Source: an uncultured Gammaproteobacteria bacterium (GTDB lineage Bacteria > Patescibacteriota > Microgenomatia > Daviesbacterales > UBA10151). From it: a stretch of DNA of 64,000 nt. The stretch spans positions 72,759 to 136,758 of the forward strand of contig CAYMRP010000002.1 in NCBI GenBank assembly GCA_964392925.1, written 5' to 3'. Positions 9,253-18,310 of the stretch are shown one piece after another. Positions within the stretch are counted from its first letter, which is position 1. Every line of letters starts with the position of its first letter. A program made the position numbers and the translations under genes. The notes beneath the pieces were generated by a model. The model made no database searches and was not told the origin of the DNA. It was given only the letters and a program-made list of their open reading frames with translations.

Positions 9253-9807
9253 TTAAACCTGCATCAAATCTTCTTCTTTTTGTTTTATTAAACTGTCTAC
9301 TTCCGCATTCGCTTTCTCTACAATTTCCTGCATTAATTTCTCTCTTCGTTCTAGCTCATCTTCTCCTATTTCACCAGCGGTTTTAGCTTTGTTCCACTCC
9401 TCTTTTTGCTCCTGACGGGATTGTCTAACTGCGATTCTAGCTTCCTCGCCTTTAACATGAGCTACTTTCACAAATTCCCTCCGTCTTTCTTCAGTTAACG
9501 GAGGAATCGGCACTCTTACTGTTTGCCCTTCAACTGACGGAGTAAGTCCTAAACCTGCTCCCATAATCGCCTTCTCAATATCCTTAACCATTCCCGGATC
9601 CCAAACCTGAACTGTTAAAAGTGATAACTGAGGTGTAGTTATAGTTCCAACCTCCATAATCTTCATCTGTGCACCATAGGCATTAATAGGAATATCTTCC
9701 AGAAGTGAGGGGTTAGCTCTTCCAGCTCTGACAGCAGATAAATCTTTCTTGAGGTGGTCTAAAGCGCTCTGAATGTTTGTGGCAAATGCTACGAGTTCTG
9801 AATCCAT
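9253..9807 (-). CDS. frr: Ribosome recycling factor
   Basis: VRAGRANP, PPLTEERRREFVK, EEARIAVR. Confidence 0.96.
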   Translation of the reverse strand: MDSELVAFATNIQSALDHLKKDLSAVRAGRANPSLLEDIPINAYGAQMKIMEVGTITTPQLSLLTVQVWDPGMVKDIEKAIMGAGLGLTPSVEGQTVRVPIPPLTEERRREFVKVAHVKGEEARIAVRQSRQEQKEEWNKAKTAGEIGEDELERREKLMQEIVEKANAEVDSLIKQKEEDLMQV

Positions 9808-9815
9808 GATATAGG

Positions 9816-10271
9816 TTAGCTGCCTAACGCAATTCTTGTGAACTTTCCAATCTTAATATTCTCGCCTAATTTTGCTATTGCAGATTTTATTAAATCTCCT
9901 ACCTTTTGGCTTGGATCTCTAACATAATCTTGGTCTAATAATTCTTCTTCGTTCTCAGGATTCATTGAAGCAATCTGAAGTGCAATCTCGTGAGCTAATG
10001 TTTTAAAATCCTCTGTTTTAGCCACAAAATCAGTCTCACATAAAACTTCGACTAAAACTCCTACTCTTCCTCCGTGTGAATATGTTTCTACAACACCAGC
10101 TGAAACTTCTCTATCGGATTTTGAACCTGCTTTATCCAGTCCTTTTTGGTGAAGTATATCTTTAGCTTTCTTCATATCACCTTCAGCCTCAGTAAGCGCA
10201 GTTTTACAATCTGCAATACCAGCTCCGGTCTCTTCTCTTAACTTTTTAATATCATCTACATTGATTGCCAT
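9816..10271 (-). CDS. tsf: Elongation factor Ts (short form)
   Basis: LREETGAGIADCK, CETDFVA, LGENI. Confidence 0.96.
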   Translation of the reverse strand: MAINVDDIKKLREETGAGIADCKTALTEAEGDMKKAKDILHQKGLDKAGSKSDREVSAGVVETYSHGGRVGVLVEVLCETDFVAKTEDFKTLAHEIALQIASMNPENEEELLDQDYVRDPSQKVGDLIKSAIAKLGENIKIGKFTRIALGS

Positions 10272-10282
10272 AATATATAGTA

Positions 10283-10317
10283 ATTTAACAATTTAACAAT
10301 TTAACAATTTAACAATT
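10283..10317. repeat. Octamer tandem repeat (ATTTAACA)x4
   Basis: Direct reading. Confidence 0.85.
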
Positions 10318-11173
10318 ATTCTACTTTTCTAGAACTTTCATCTACAACTTTTTTCTCAATCTCTTCTTCAATCACAGCTGCTTCCTGCGCTAATACTTCA
10401 TCTAATTCCTCTTCTTTTGATTCAGCTTTTTCTGCTTTAGAAGTTTTTGTTTCTACTTTAGCTTCTCCAACTTTAATTCCAGCTTCTTTTTTACCCTCTG
10501 CATAAGCCCGGATTATAGTTTCACAAACTATTTTAATCGATTTAATACCATCATCGTTTGCAGAAACTGGATAATCAAACCATGTTGGATCTGCATTCGT
10601 GTCGCAAAGTCCAATCACTTTAACGCCCATTTTATTAGCTTCCCTAACTGCAATATTATCGCCAACTGCATCTACCACAAATAATGCATCAGGCATTTTC
10701 GTCATTCCAATCGCTCCACCCATTTCATTAGTGAATTTATAAAGTTTTTTACCAATCAACATTTGCTCTCTTTTTGTATAGCGGGAAAGTGTTCCTTTTT
10801 CCTGTTCAGCTTTAAGTTCTGATAATTTCTTCCAGTTTTTCTTAATCTCATCAAAATTAGTAAATATTCCTCCGTACCAGGTTTTATTTAAGTAAAATGT
10901 ATCAGCTTCTTTAGCTAATTCTGCAACAACATCCTGAGCCTGCTTTTTAGTTCCAACCATCAACAAAACCTGTCCAGCTTTACCCATTTGATAAGCTGCT
11001 TCTGCAGCTTCTTTTAGTTGCTCCTCCGAATGAGCTAAGTCTAAAATATGTACTCCGTCACGGGCTCCGAAGATGTATCTTTTCATCTTTGGATGTCCAC
11101 GCGAAACTTTATGTCCAAAATGGACACCAGCTCCGAGTAATTCTTGCATGTCAGGTGTTTTAATAGTTGCCAT
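10316..11173 (-). CDS. rpsB: 30S ribosomal protein S2
   Basis: AGVHFGH, VGTKKQA, DTNADP, ANDD; start moved to MATIK. Confidence 0.97.
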   Translation of the reverse strand: MATIKTPDMQELLGAGVHFGHKVSRGHPKMKRYIFGARDGVHILDLAHSEEQLKEAAEAAYQMGKAGQVLLMVGTKKQAQDVVAELAKEADTFYLNKTWYGGIFTNFDEIKKNWKKLSELKAEQEKGTLSRYTKREQMLIGKKLYKFTNEMGGAIGMTKMPDALFVVDAVGDNIAVREANKMGVKVIGLCDTNADPTWFDYPVSANDDGIKSIKIVCETIIRAYAEGKKEAGIKVGEAKVETKTSKAEKAESKEEELDEVLAQEAAVIEEEIEKKVVDESSRKVE

Positions 11174-11189
11174 AATTATCTTTCTTATA

Positions 11190-11362
11190 ACTCGCACATT
11201 CTGAGATTAAATACCCTTGTCAAATTGCTCCGCAATCCGCAAGCGGTCTCGTAAACTTCTATAACGCTTCGCGTTTACAAATAAATCTGAAGTTTACTGC
11301 GACTCCTTAACCTCTTCAGTACTAATGAATTCAGGAATCTAACAGTACTGAATGTGTGATTT
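11190..11362 (-). promoter_or_regulatory. Structured rpsB 5' leader (putative S2 autoregulatory element)
   Basis: CACATTC/GAATGTG closing stem with internal hairpins (TTCAGTACT/AGTACTGAA, GTAAACTTC/GAAGTTTAC). Confidence 0.6.
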
Positions 11363-11391
11363 GAGTAGTTTACAAACTTTGAAGCTAAAAA

Positions 11392-11661
11392 TCAACCCTT
11401 CATCTCGCCGCCAGGCGCTGCAGACATCTGAGCTTCAGGAGCGATTGGAGCAGCTGTTTTTTCTACCACTGAAAAGGGAGTTCCGGATTCAGTAATACCT
11501 TTTTTAACATTGGTAGCATTCTCAAAGCTAGTATTGGCAAAGTTCATGCCTTCAATATTAGGAGCTTTTGCACCTTCAACAGGAGGGACCGTGGATATCA
11601 CAGGCTGCTCTGGTTGCCTGCCTAATAATCTACCTAAAAATTGAGGAATTCTCATTACCAA
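11392..11661 (-). CDS. Hypothetical protein
   Basis: 89-aa ORF downstream of folA. Confidence 0.5.
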   Translation of the reverse strand: MVMRIPQFLGRLLGRQPEQPVISTVPPVEGAKAPNIEGMNFANTSFENATNVKKGITESGTPFSVVEKTAAPIAPEAQMSAAPGGEMKG

Positions 11662-11670
11662 ATTATCTTA

Positions 11671-12174
11671 TCACACTCTTTCAAACTCTAAAAACTTATA
11701 CTTAAATCCGGCTGATTCTTCACTTTTTTCAAAAACCTTTTTAGTAAATTTATCTTTATACTCTGGAAAAAATGAATCAGCTTCTGGAAATTCTGCATCA
11801 ACTAAAGTCACATATAATTTATCAGCCAAATCTAAAGCCTCCGCAAACACCTGCGCCCCACCTATTGTAAAAATCTCCTCATTCCCAAGTTTACCCTGAG
11901 CCTGCTGAAGGGCCTCATCTAATGAATGAGCTATTACTGCTCCCTCAGAAATGAAATCCTGCTCCCGGGTAATAACTACATTAGTCCGATTCGGTAAGAT
12001 CCGACCAATAGACTCATGAGTCTTCCTCCCCATAACAATCGGATGCCCAGTCGTAATCTCCTTAAATCTTCTTAACTCTTCCGGAATTTTCCAAAGCAAT
12101 TTATTCTTCGCCCCAATTTCCCTATTCCTACCAATCGCCACAATAATCGAAATTTTCTTATGCTGTTTGTTCAT
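11671..12174 (-). CDS. folA: Dihydrofolate reductase
   Basis: IG.KNKLLW, VMGRKT.ESI, LPNR.N, IGGAQ, ADSFFP. Confidence 0.96.
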   Translation of the reverse strand: MNKQHKKISIIVAIGRNREIGAKNKLLWKIPEELRRFKEITTGHPIVMGRKTHESIGRILPNRTNVVITREQDFISEGAVIAHSLDEALQQAQGKLGNEEIFTIGGAQVFAEALDLADKLYVTLVDAEFPEADSFFPEYKDKFTKKVFEKSEESAGFKYKFLEFERV

Positions 12175-12550
12175 TATTTGGTTCAAATGCGATAACTCTT
12201 TGGTTTGGCCTAATTAACTTTATACCATGATGAGCAGCTATAACATAAAGTTCATCGCCAATTCCCTTACTTGCCGGAGTTTCTAAATCAACATGTCTGG
12301 CCTTCGATTCTCTAACAGTCCTTTTCGCCGAACTTCTATTTCCTACTATAGCCTTTATTTCCTTAGGAATATCTTCAAAGTGATCTACATGAGTAGGATC
12401 TATCATTCTGGTAAAGACCGAGGCTAGCATCGCTAATTCTGCAGTAGCGGCCGCTCCGTATTGTTGATCTATAATATTAATTCTGGGATTTCTGGAGATA
12501 CGAGCTCTAGCTCTTCTCTCAGCATAAGGTAATTCGCCATCTCTTGCCAT
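12158..12550 (-). CDS. Hypothetical protein between thyA and folA
   Basis: 130-aa ORF in operon orientation. Confidence 0.6.
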   Translation of the reverse strand: MARDGELPYAERRARARISRNPRINIIDQQYGAAATAELAMLASVFTRMIDPTHVDHFEDIPKEIKAIVGNRSSAKRTVRESKARHVDLETPASKGIGDELYVIAAHHGIKLIRPNQRVIAFEPNNEQTA

Positions 12551-12567
12551 AAGAAGGGATTATATTA

Positions 12568-13584
12568 TTATTTCTTCTTTCCTTCAAACAAACCCCCAGC
12601 CACAGTCAACTCACCTTTAATAGCCGAATGTGGTTCATAGTTCTCTAAAGTCACCATATCAGGCGTAAAATCACTAATCTCTTTAACGGATTTGTCTATT
12701 TTTATATTCGGCAACGGCTTTGGTTTTCTTTTTAATTCTTCTTTAACCTGAGGAATATGATTTTCATAAATATGTGCATCACCAAACGTATGAATAAACT
12801 CTCCGGGTTTAACTTTTAAAATCTGCGCCAGAATAATAGTTAAAAGCGCATATGAAGCAATATTAAACGGCACTCCCAAAAATAAATCAGCTGACCTTTG
12901 ATAAAGCTGCAGATAAAGCTTGCCGTCTTTTATAGAAACCTGATACATATTGTGACAAATTGGAAATCTCGACGCATCCTCATTCGTCGCCATGGTATAA
13001 AGATATTCCGGATTCCATGAATTCACGATTGCGTTCCTCGCAAATGGATCTTCTCTGAGCTCCGAAACTACCCACCCAAGCTGATCAATTGTCCTTTTTG
13101 ACTTAGTAGGCCATCTTCTCCACATTTCGCCATAAATTCTCGGCAATTCTCCCCATTTCTTCGCAAACTTAGCGTCAGTCCTAATCTTCTCTACAAATTC
13201 CTCCTTGGACAAGGGACTAGTCGCTAGAGTCGAGAGTCTAGAGTCTTTTTTGCTCTTTCCTAGACTCATGTCCCTTGTCTCTTGCGACTTTAAATAAATC
13301 TTATATGGGTAGTCATCCCAAATATGCACATTATTATCAACTAAATACTTAATATTAGAATCTCCCTTCATAAACCAATAAAGCTCATGAATCACCCCTT
13401 TCCAATAAACTTTTTTAGTAGTCAAAAGCGGAAACCCTTTAGATAAGTCGTATCTTGTTTGTCTCCCAAAAACGCTTAATGATCTAACTCCAGTTCCCCG
13501 GTCGACATTCCAAACCCCATCACTAAGGACTTCCTTCAAAAGATTCAAATATTGATATTCAGGATGCTGATCAGATTGCTTCAT
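12568..13584 (-). CDS. thyA: Thymidylate synthase
   Basis: FPLLTTKK, PICH, YQRSADLFLGVPFNIASY, GDAHIYENH; start moved to MKQSDQHPEYQY. Confidence 0.97.
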   Translation of the reverse strand: MKQSDQHPEYQYLNLLKEVLSDGVWNVDRGTGVRSLSVFGRQTRYDLSKGFPLLTTKKVYWKGVIHELYWFMKGDSNIKYLVDNNVHIWDDYPYKIYLKSQETRDMSLGKSKKDSRLSTLATSPLSKEEFVEKIRTDAKFAKKWGELPRIYGEMWRRWPTKSKRTIDQLGWVVSELREDPFARNAIVNSWNPEYLYTMATNEDASRFPICHNMYQVSIKDGKLYLQLYQRSADLFLGVPFNIASYALLTIILAQILKVKPGEFIHTFGDAHIYENHIPQVKEELKRKPKPLPNIKIDKSVKEISDFTPDMVTLENYEPHSAIKGELTVAGGLFEGKKK

Positions 13585-13587
13585 AGT

Positions 13588-13706
13588 CGTCATTGCCGCG
13601 AAGGCGGGAATCCAATAAACGAAAGTCCTAAATGACTCTCCACAAACTTTATTGAACATCAAACCTCACGTTGCTAATTGGATCCCCGCATACTCGAGGA
13701 TGACAA
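13588..13706. repeat. Inverted pair of REP-like palindromes (REPIN-like)
   Basis: GTCATTGCCGCGAAGGCGGGAATCCA ... TGGATCCCCGCATACTCGAGGATGAC. Confidence 0.75.
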
Positions 13707-13757
13707 AAACAGAACACCCATTATATGTAACTTTTAGAAGTAACTGTCAAGGAGTAA

Positions 13758-14225
13758 TTAAAATAAGCCTCTTGAACGGCGGAGAGCACCTTGTCGAAGT
13801 ATACGCTTACGCCGGTCTAAATCTATTGCATCAGCAACATCGCTGCCCTTTTCCGGACCATCGACTAAAGTTGCCCACTCCACCCCTTTTCGATTAAAAT
13901 TTATTGTTTCAGCGACATCAACTAACTTCCCATTTGGGGTATATTTTACGATAGAAATTTCATGTTCACGCAATATAACCACAGAATCGGTAACTGGAAC
14001 CCGAGTAATTTCAGTACCTAAATAACTAATGTGAGCTACAGAAGGACCCGAGTCTTTAATATGAGTAAAACCCAACACAACATCCCCAGGGTATCTTAAG
14101 GAACTAAAGAAACTAACTTGCTGAATATCAGCACCCGTGCGCAAAGCAATCCTTTTAGCACCTTCTCTGCTCACAGAACTTAATCCAAATACTACACCGT
14201 GACTAGGTTTTGCATCAACATTCAT
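13758..14225 (-). CDS. Hypothetical protein
   Basis: 155-aa ORF with its own TTGACA...TAGTAT promoter-like sequence just upstream. Confidence 0.6.
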   Translation of the reverse strand: MNVDAKPSHGVVFGLSSVSREGAKRIALRTGADIQQVSFFSSLRYPGDVVLGFTHIKDSGPSVAHISYLGTEITRVPVTDSVVILREHEISIVKYTPNGKLVDVAETINFNRKGVEWATLVDGPEKGSDVADAIDLDRRKRILRQGALRRSRGLF

Positions 14226-14280
14226 TGGGGAATACTACACTTTTGTCTTAATTTTGTCAAAGATATACTACTCTAACAAT

Positions 14281-14850
14281 CTAAACCTGCTGTTCAACCT
14301 CTGAAGGACTGATCCTTCCCCCTTGATGCTGTCCTCTATATTCCACCCCTTCTCCTTCAATCTGATAAAAAACAATATTACAAACTCTCGCCCCCATCTG
14401 CAAACTAACCGGAAACTCAGATAAATTCCGTAGCCCCATTGTTAAAGGCCCCTTGTATCCAGGATCAACTTTAGTAACTAAAAGCAGCAATCCGGCCCTA
14501 AAAAGCGAAGAACGGGAATAAACCATTGGCATTAAATTTTTAGGCGTATTAATTTGCTCAACAGTTGAAATAAGTAAATACTCCCCAGGTTTAATTTCAA
14601 TTTCCGCCTGAGTCTCCGAATCTTCATAAAACTTTCCGATCATCTCCGTTTTTACGCCTTTCCTTCTACCCAAGCCAGCTGTTCCATCAGCTTCAATAAA
14701 AGCTCCACCTTCAATAATCTTATGCACTTCCCCCATTCGCAAATCCACCCCAACACCCTCAGGATTATTTAAATCACGCGGACCTAAATGCTCAATGAGC
14801 TTATCTTTCTTAATGAGTTCTAAAACTTTGTGAATTCCAAGTACTGACAT
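14281..14850 (-). CDS. Trimeric dUTPase of the dCTP deaminase family
   Basis: GVDLR, SRSSLFRAG, VDPGYKG; lacks the Glu that follows this motif in Dcd. Confidence 0.8.
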   Translation of the reverse strand: MSVLGIHKVLELIKKDKLIEHLGPRDLNNPEGVGVDLRMGEVHKIIEGGAFIEADGTAGLGRRKGVKTEMIGKFYEDSETQAEIEIKPGEYLLISTVEQINTPKNLMPMVYSRSSLFRAGLLLLVTKVDPGYKGPLTMGLRNLSEFPVSLQMGARVCNIVFYQIEGEGVEYRGQHQGGRISPSEVEQQV

Positions 14851-14861
14851 GAATTTATAGA

Positions 14862-14926
14862 TGTATTTTCTCGTTTCACTCGAAAGATATGCTTTCCATA
14901 TTTTTCGAACGGAGTGAGAAAATACC
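14862..14926. repeat. Inverted REP-like pair
   Basis: GTATTTTCTC...CGAAAGATA / TTTTTCGAACGGAGTGAGAAAATAC. Confidence 0.7.
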
Positions 14927-14927
14927 T

Positions 14928-15557
14928 TTAAGCTGCTTTCTTCTTACCCCTAATATTAGAAACTTCCGGCATATCGGATCCGCCGTATCTATTATTTGGA
15001 TTATTATCATAAGACCTTGATACCGGCTCCTGAAGTTTTTCAAACGAAAATGCACAAATCGGCGAACCTTCATAAATAATTATCTGCTTACCTTTAAGAA
15101 ATGTTCCAAACTCTAGGACTGGACAGCCATCCCATCCTGGATCAAACCGAGCTGCAGTCGAATGAACCACTACTCCAATTCGTGCCAGAGATGATTTACC
15201 ATGAAGATGCCCAATAATATTATCCGGAAGAGTCAGTCGTTCCTTAGTAGTCGCAATAACAAATTTATCATCAGTTAAAATAAATGGTTGCCCTGGCTTC
15301 AGCTCAACATACTCCATCATCGATTCCATTTCTTCTTTCGAAGTATGCATGGTATCGATTGTTTCCCAACCCTGCTTCTTAAAAACCTTTAAATGTTTTC
15401 CTAAATGAAAATCCATTGTTACTTCATCAACTAGGTTTTCCCAATTCTCAGGAAGTGGATCTACTTTAATTACCCCTTTTTCAATATGCTGCTTAATAGA
15501 CCAATCAGGAAGAGTTCCAATAATATCTTTTACAAATTCAGTATTCTTCTTAGCCAC
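14928..15557 (-). CDS. dcd: dCTP deaminase
   Basis: GKSSLARIG, HSTAARFDPGWDG..VLE; GTG start with AGAAAGGA SD. Confidence 0.92.
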   Translation of the reverse strand: MAKKNTEFVKDIIGTLPDWSIKQHIEKGVIKVDPLPENWENLVDEVTMDFHLGKHLKVFKKQGWETIDTMHTSKEEMESMMEYVELKPGQPFILTDDKFVIATTKERLTLPDNIIGHLHGKSSLARIGVVVHSTAARFDPGWDGCPVLEFGTFLKGKQIIIYEGSPICAFSFEKLQEPVSRSYDNNPNNRYGGSDMPEVSNIRGKKKAA

Positions 15558-15667
15558 GTTTTTAAACTTCCTTTCTTATAAATATGCCTTGTTTAAAAAG
15601 GCAAGGTTCTGCGTAAGCAGGTTCTTATAATTTACTTTACCTAACTTAACGAAATTTTATAAGCTTT

Positions 15668-16306
15668 TCAAGTAGTCAGATTAAATGAATTACCTACTGC
15701 ATCCCAGATCTCACGAGCAACTTCTTCTTTTGATTTCGTGCTGTCAACAATAACCGAATCAGGAAACTCCCCAAAAACCTCCAGGAATCCTTCTCTTCTC
15801 ACTTTCAAAACCTGAAGATCCGACTCATTATAAGCATGAATTTCATTATCCGAAGCCTCAGCCTGCCTTCTCATAATTTCCTCCTCTGGAACATCAATCA
15901 GAATTGATAAGTCAGGTTCTAAACCCAAAGCAGCTTTTCTAACCTGCTCTTTAATAAAGTCTTTATCTAATCCTTCCTGATAACCTTGATAAACTAGAGC
16001 CGAAGCGAAAAATCTAGTCAAAACTACCCATTTTCCATTCTCCAATTCCGGCACAATTAACTCTTCAACCAAAGAATTAAGCGCTTTCAATATAAGTTCT
16101 AACTCTTCATCCGGTGTTAAAACTCCGGATGCCTTTTTCTCAAGTAATTGCTTCCTAAATTTCTCAGCATTCTCAGTTCCTCCAGGATGGCGCACCGAAA
16201 TAGCCTCAATCCCAACTTCTTTTAATTTTTCAACTAACAAATTAGCCTGAGTCGTCTTCCCCGTAAACCCCTGGCCTTCAATAACAATGAACTTACCTTT
16301 TTGCAT
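15668..16306 (-). CDS. tmk: Thymidylate kinase family protein
   Basis: FIVIEG...GKTTQ, R.PGGT, S.LVYQG, EPDL; start moved to MQKGKF. Confidence 0.85.
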   Translation of the reverse strand: MQKGKFIVIEGQGFTGKTTQANLLVEKLKEVGIEAISVRHPGGTENAEKFRKQLLEKKASGVLTPDEELELILKALNSLVEELIVPELENGKWVVLTRFFASALVYQGYQEGLDKDFIKEQVRKAALGLEPDLSILIDVPEEEIMRRQAEASDNEIHAYNESDLQVLKVRREGFLEVFGEFPDSVIVDSTKSKEEVAREIWDAVGNSFNLTT

Positions 16307-16340
16307 AAATAGAAGATACAAGTTTTCCGAACAAATTCCA

Positions 16341-16425
16341 ATATACAAATAAGAAGTCGAGCTTTAGCAATTAAGCGCGGCTTGCCAAGTGAGAGAGTTT
16401 GGCGACTTCGCGGTCAAAGCCGCAG
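16341..16425. repeat. REP-like intergenic element (uninterrupted copy of 781-965)
   Basis: tcgagctt...aagcgcggcttgccaagtgagagagtttggcgacttcgcggtcaaagccgc. Confidence 0.7.
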
Positions 16426-16464
16426 AAAAAAATCACCAACAAATAACTTCAGATTGCCAGGAAG

Positions 16465-18078
16465 CTAAGCTGATTTTTTGCTAGCAGCTTCCATAAACCC
16501 TAAAAATATCGGATGTGGATCAAGCGGTCTAGATTTTAATTCCGGATGAAACTGACTCCCTACAAAAAAAGGATGATCCTCAAGCTCCATAATCTCCACT
16601 AACTTATTATCAGGGCTTTGCCCAACTACTTTAAAACCATTCTTCTCTAAATCCGCCCGGTATTCATTATTAACCTCATATCGATGACGATGTCTCTCAG
16701 AGGATTTCTCTTTACCATATAAATCTCTAACTTTACTCCCGGCCTTCAAATCCGCATCCCAAGCCCCAAGCCTCATAGTGCCTCCGTAATCACGTTTCAA
16801 AAGCATTTTTACCTGCTCAGGCATAATATGGACTACCGGATCCTTAGCCTCAGACTCATTCTCAGTTGTATTCGCCCCCGCCAGTCCCAACACATTTCTG
16901 GAAAATTCTACAACCGCCAACTGCAAACCGTAGCATAGACCTAAGTAAGGAATTCTATTCTCTCTCACATATTTAACTGCCGCAATCTTCCCCTCAACAT
17001 CCCGCGCTCCAAACCCTCCAGGCACAATTACCCCATCAAAATTTGCCAGCTGACCAGGATTATCCTGTAATTTAGAAGCATCAATCCAGGTCACCTCCGG
17101 CTTAATCCCAATCTTAAATGAAGCATGTTTTATAGCCTCAATAACTGAGATATAAGAATCCATCAAAGAGAAATCACCCGAGGTAAAATATTTACCAACA
17201 ATCCCAATTTTCACAGTTTTGTGAGACTTTTCAGATGACTTTACAAACTCTTCCCAATCCTTAAGATCAGTCTGCTTTCTCTTCAGTCCTAACTTCCCCA
17301 AAATTCTTTCAGTTAATCCCTGTTCCTCAAATTTTAAAGGCACAGAATAAACATTCTTAACATCAGGTGCAGAAATTATGCATTCAGGCTCAAGCCCGGT
17401 AGAAATCGCTAATTTTTTAATTCTTGATTGATCAAGTGGTCTCTCGGCTCTGGCTAAAATTATATCTGGTTGAATTCCAACTGCATTTAAGTCCCGTACT
17501 GACATCTGAGCCGGCTTTGATTTCATTTCTCCAAGAGATCCGGGTATTGGTAAATAAGTTACATGAACATGAATCACATCATCATGCTTTTTGAGTTTGA
17601 GCTGTCTATTCGCCTCTAAAAACAACACATTTTGATATTCTCCTGCAGTTCCGCCAATTTCAATTAAAACAATATCCGCATTCTTTGATTTTCCAGCTTG
17701 CTTAACTCTGGTAATAATTTCCTCAGTTATATAATTTACGACATCTATCGATGCGCCGTCATATTCCAAATTTCTCTCTTTTTGAATTACTGATAAGTAG
17801 ATCGAGCCCTGAGTCGCAATATTATTCTTATTTAAAGACTCATTTAGATATCTTTCATAATGTCCTAAATCCTGATCTGTTTCAGTTCCATCGTCCAAAA
17901 CAAAACATTCCCCATGCTCAATAGGGTTCATAGTTCCGGCATCAACATTAAGATACGGATCCATTTTAATCGGAGAAACTTTATAACCTGCAGATTTTAA
18001 AAGGAGAGCAATCGAGGCAGTTGCAATGCCTTTACCAATTCCAGAAATAACTCCACCACTAACAAATATATATTTCAA
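16465..18078 (-). CDS. pyrG: CTP synthase
   Basis: GGVISGIGKG, DPYLNVDAGTM, GLCYGLQ, ERHRHRYE, QFHPE; TTG start. Confidence 0.97.
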   Translation of the reverse strand: MKYIFVSGGVISGIGKGIATASIALLLKSAGYKVSPIKMDPYLNVDAGTMNPIEHGECFVLDDGTETDQDLGHYERYLNESLNKNNIATQGSIYLSVIQKERNLEYDGASIDVVNYITEEIITRVKQAGKSKNADIVLIEIGGTAGEYQNVLFLEANRQLKLKKHDDVIHVHVTYLPIPGSLGEMKSKPAQMSVRDLNAVGIQPDIILARAERPLDQSRIKKLAISTGLEPECIISAPDVKNVYSVPLKFEEQGLTERILGKLGLKRKQTDLKDWEEFVKSSEKSHKTVKIGIVGKYFTSGDFSLMDSYISVIEAIKHASFKIGIKPEVTWIDASKLQDNPGQLANFDGVIVPGGFGARDVEGKIAAVKYVRENRIPYLGLCYGLQLAVVEFSRNVLGLAGANTTENESEAKDPVVHIMPEQVKMLLKRDYGGTMRLGAWDADLKAGSKVRDLYGKEKSSERHRHRYEVNNEYRADLEKNGFKVVGQSPDNKLVEIMELEDHPFFVGSQFHPELKSRPLDPHPIFLGFMEAASKKSA

Positions 18079-18290
18079 CTTTTTAAACTTTCCTTTCTTT
18101 TATCAAACAGCAAGGCAAGTTTAAACACACAAACTACAACTCCTAACTGCTCAACAAAAAATTTAAACTTTTCGCGTCCTGCTGTCAACAATGAAAAATA
18201 CTACGGGGGATTTAAGAATTACGAAAATCAACGAACTTCGGTTTTCCGAGGCCCTCAATATAATACCAAAACCCACCTAATTTTTCAATA
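18079..18290 (-). promoter_or_regulatory. pyrG promoter and structured leader starting GGGC
   Basis: TTGAAA-17-TATTAT, GGGCC at 18254, CCCCC tract, SD-sequestering hairpin. Confidence 0.55.
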
Positions 18291-18310
18291 ATTAAGTGGG
18301 TTTTTAGTAA

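Noticed and set aside
13585-13662. N-terminal extension of thyA (YWIPAFAAMT)
   Set aside because: Translation of a REP palindrome; the true start is likely 13584
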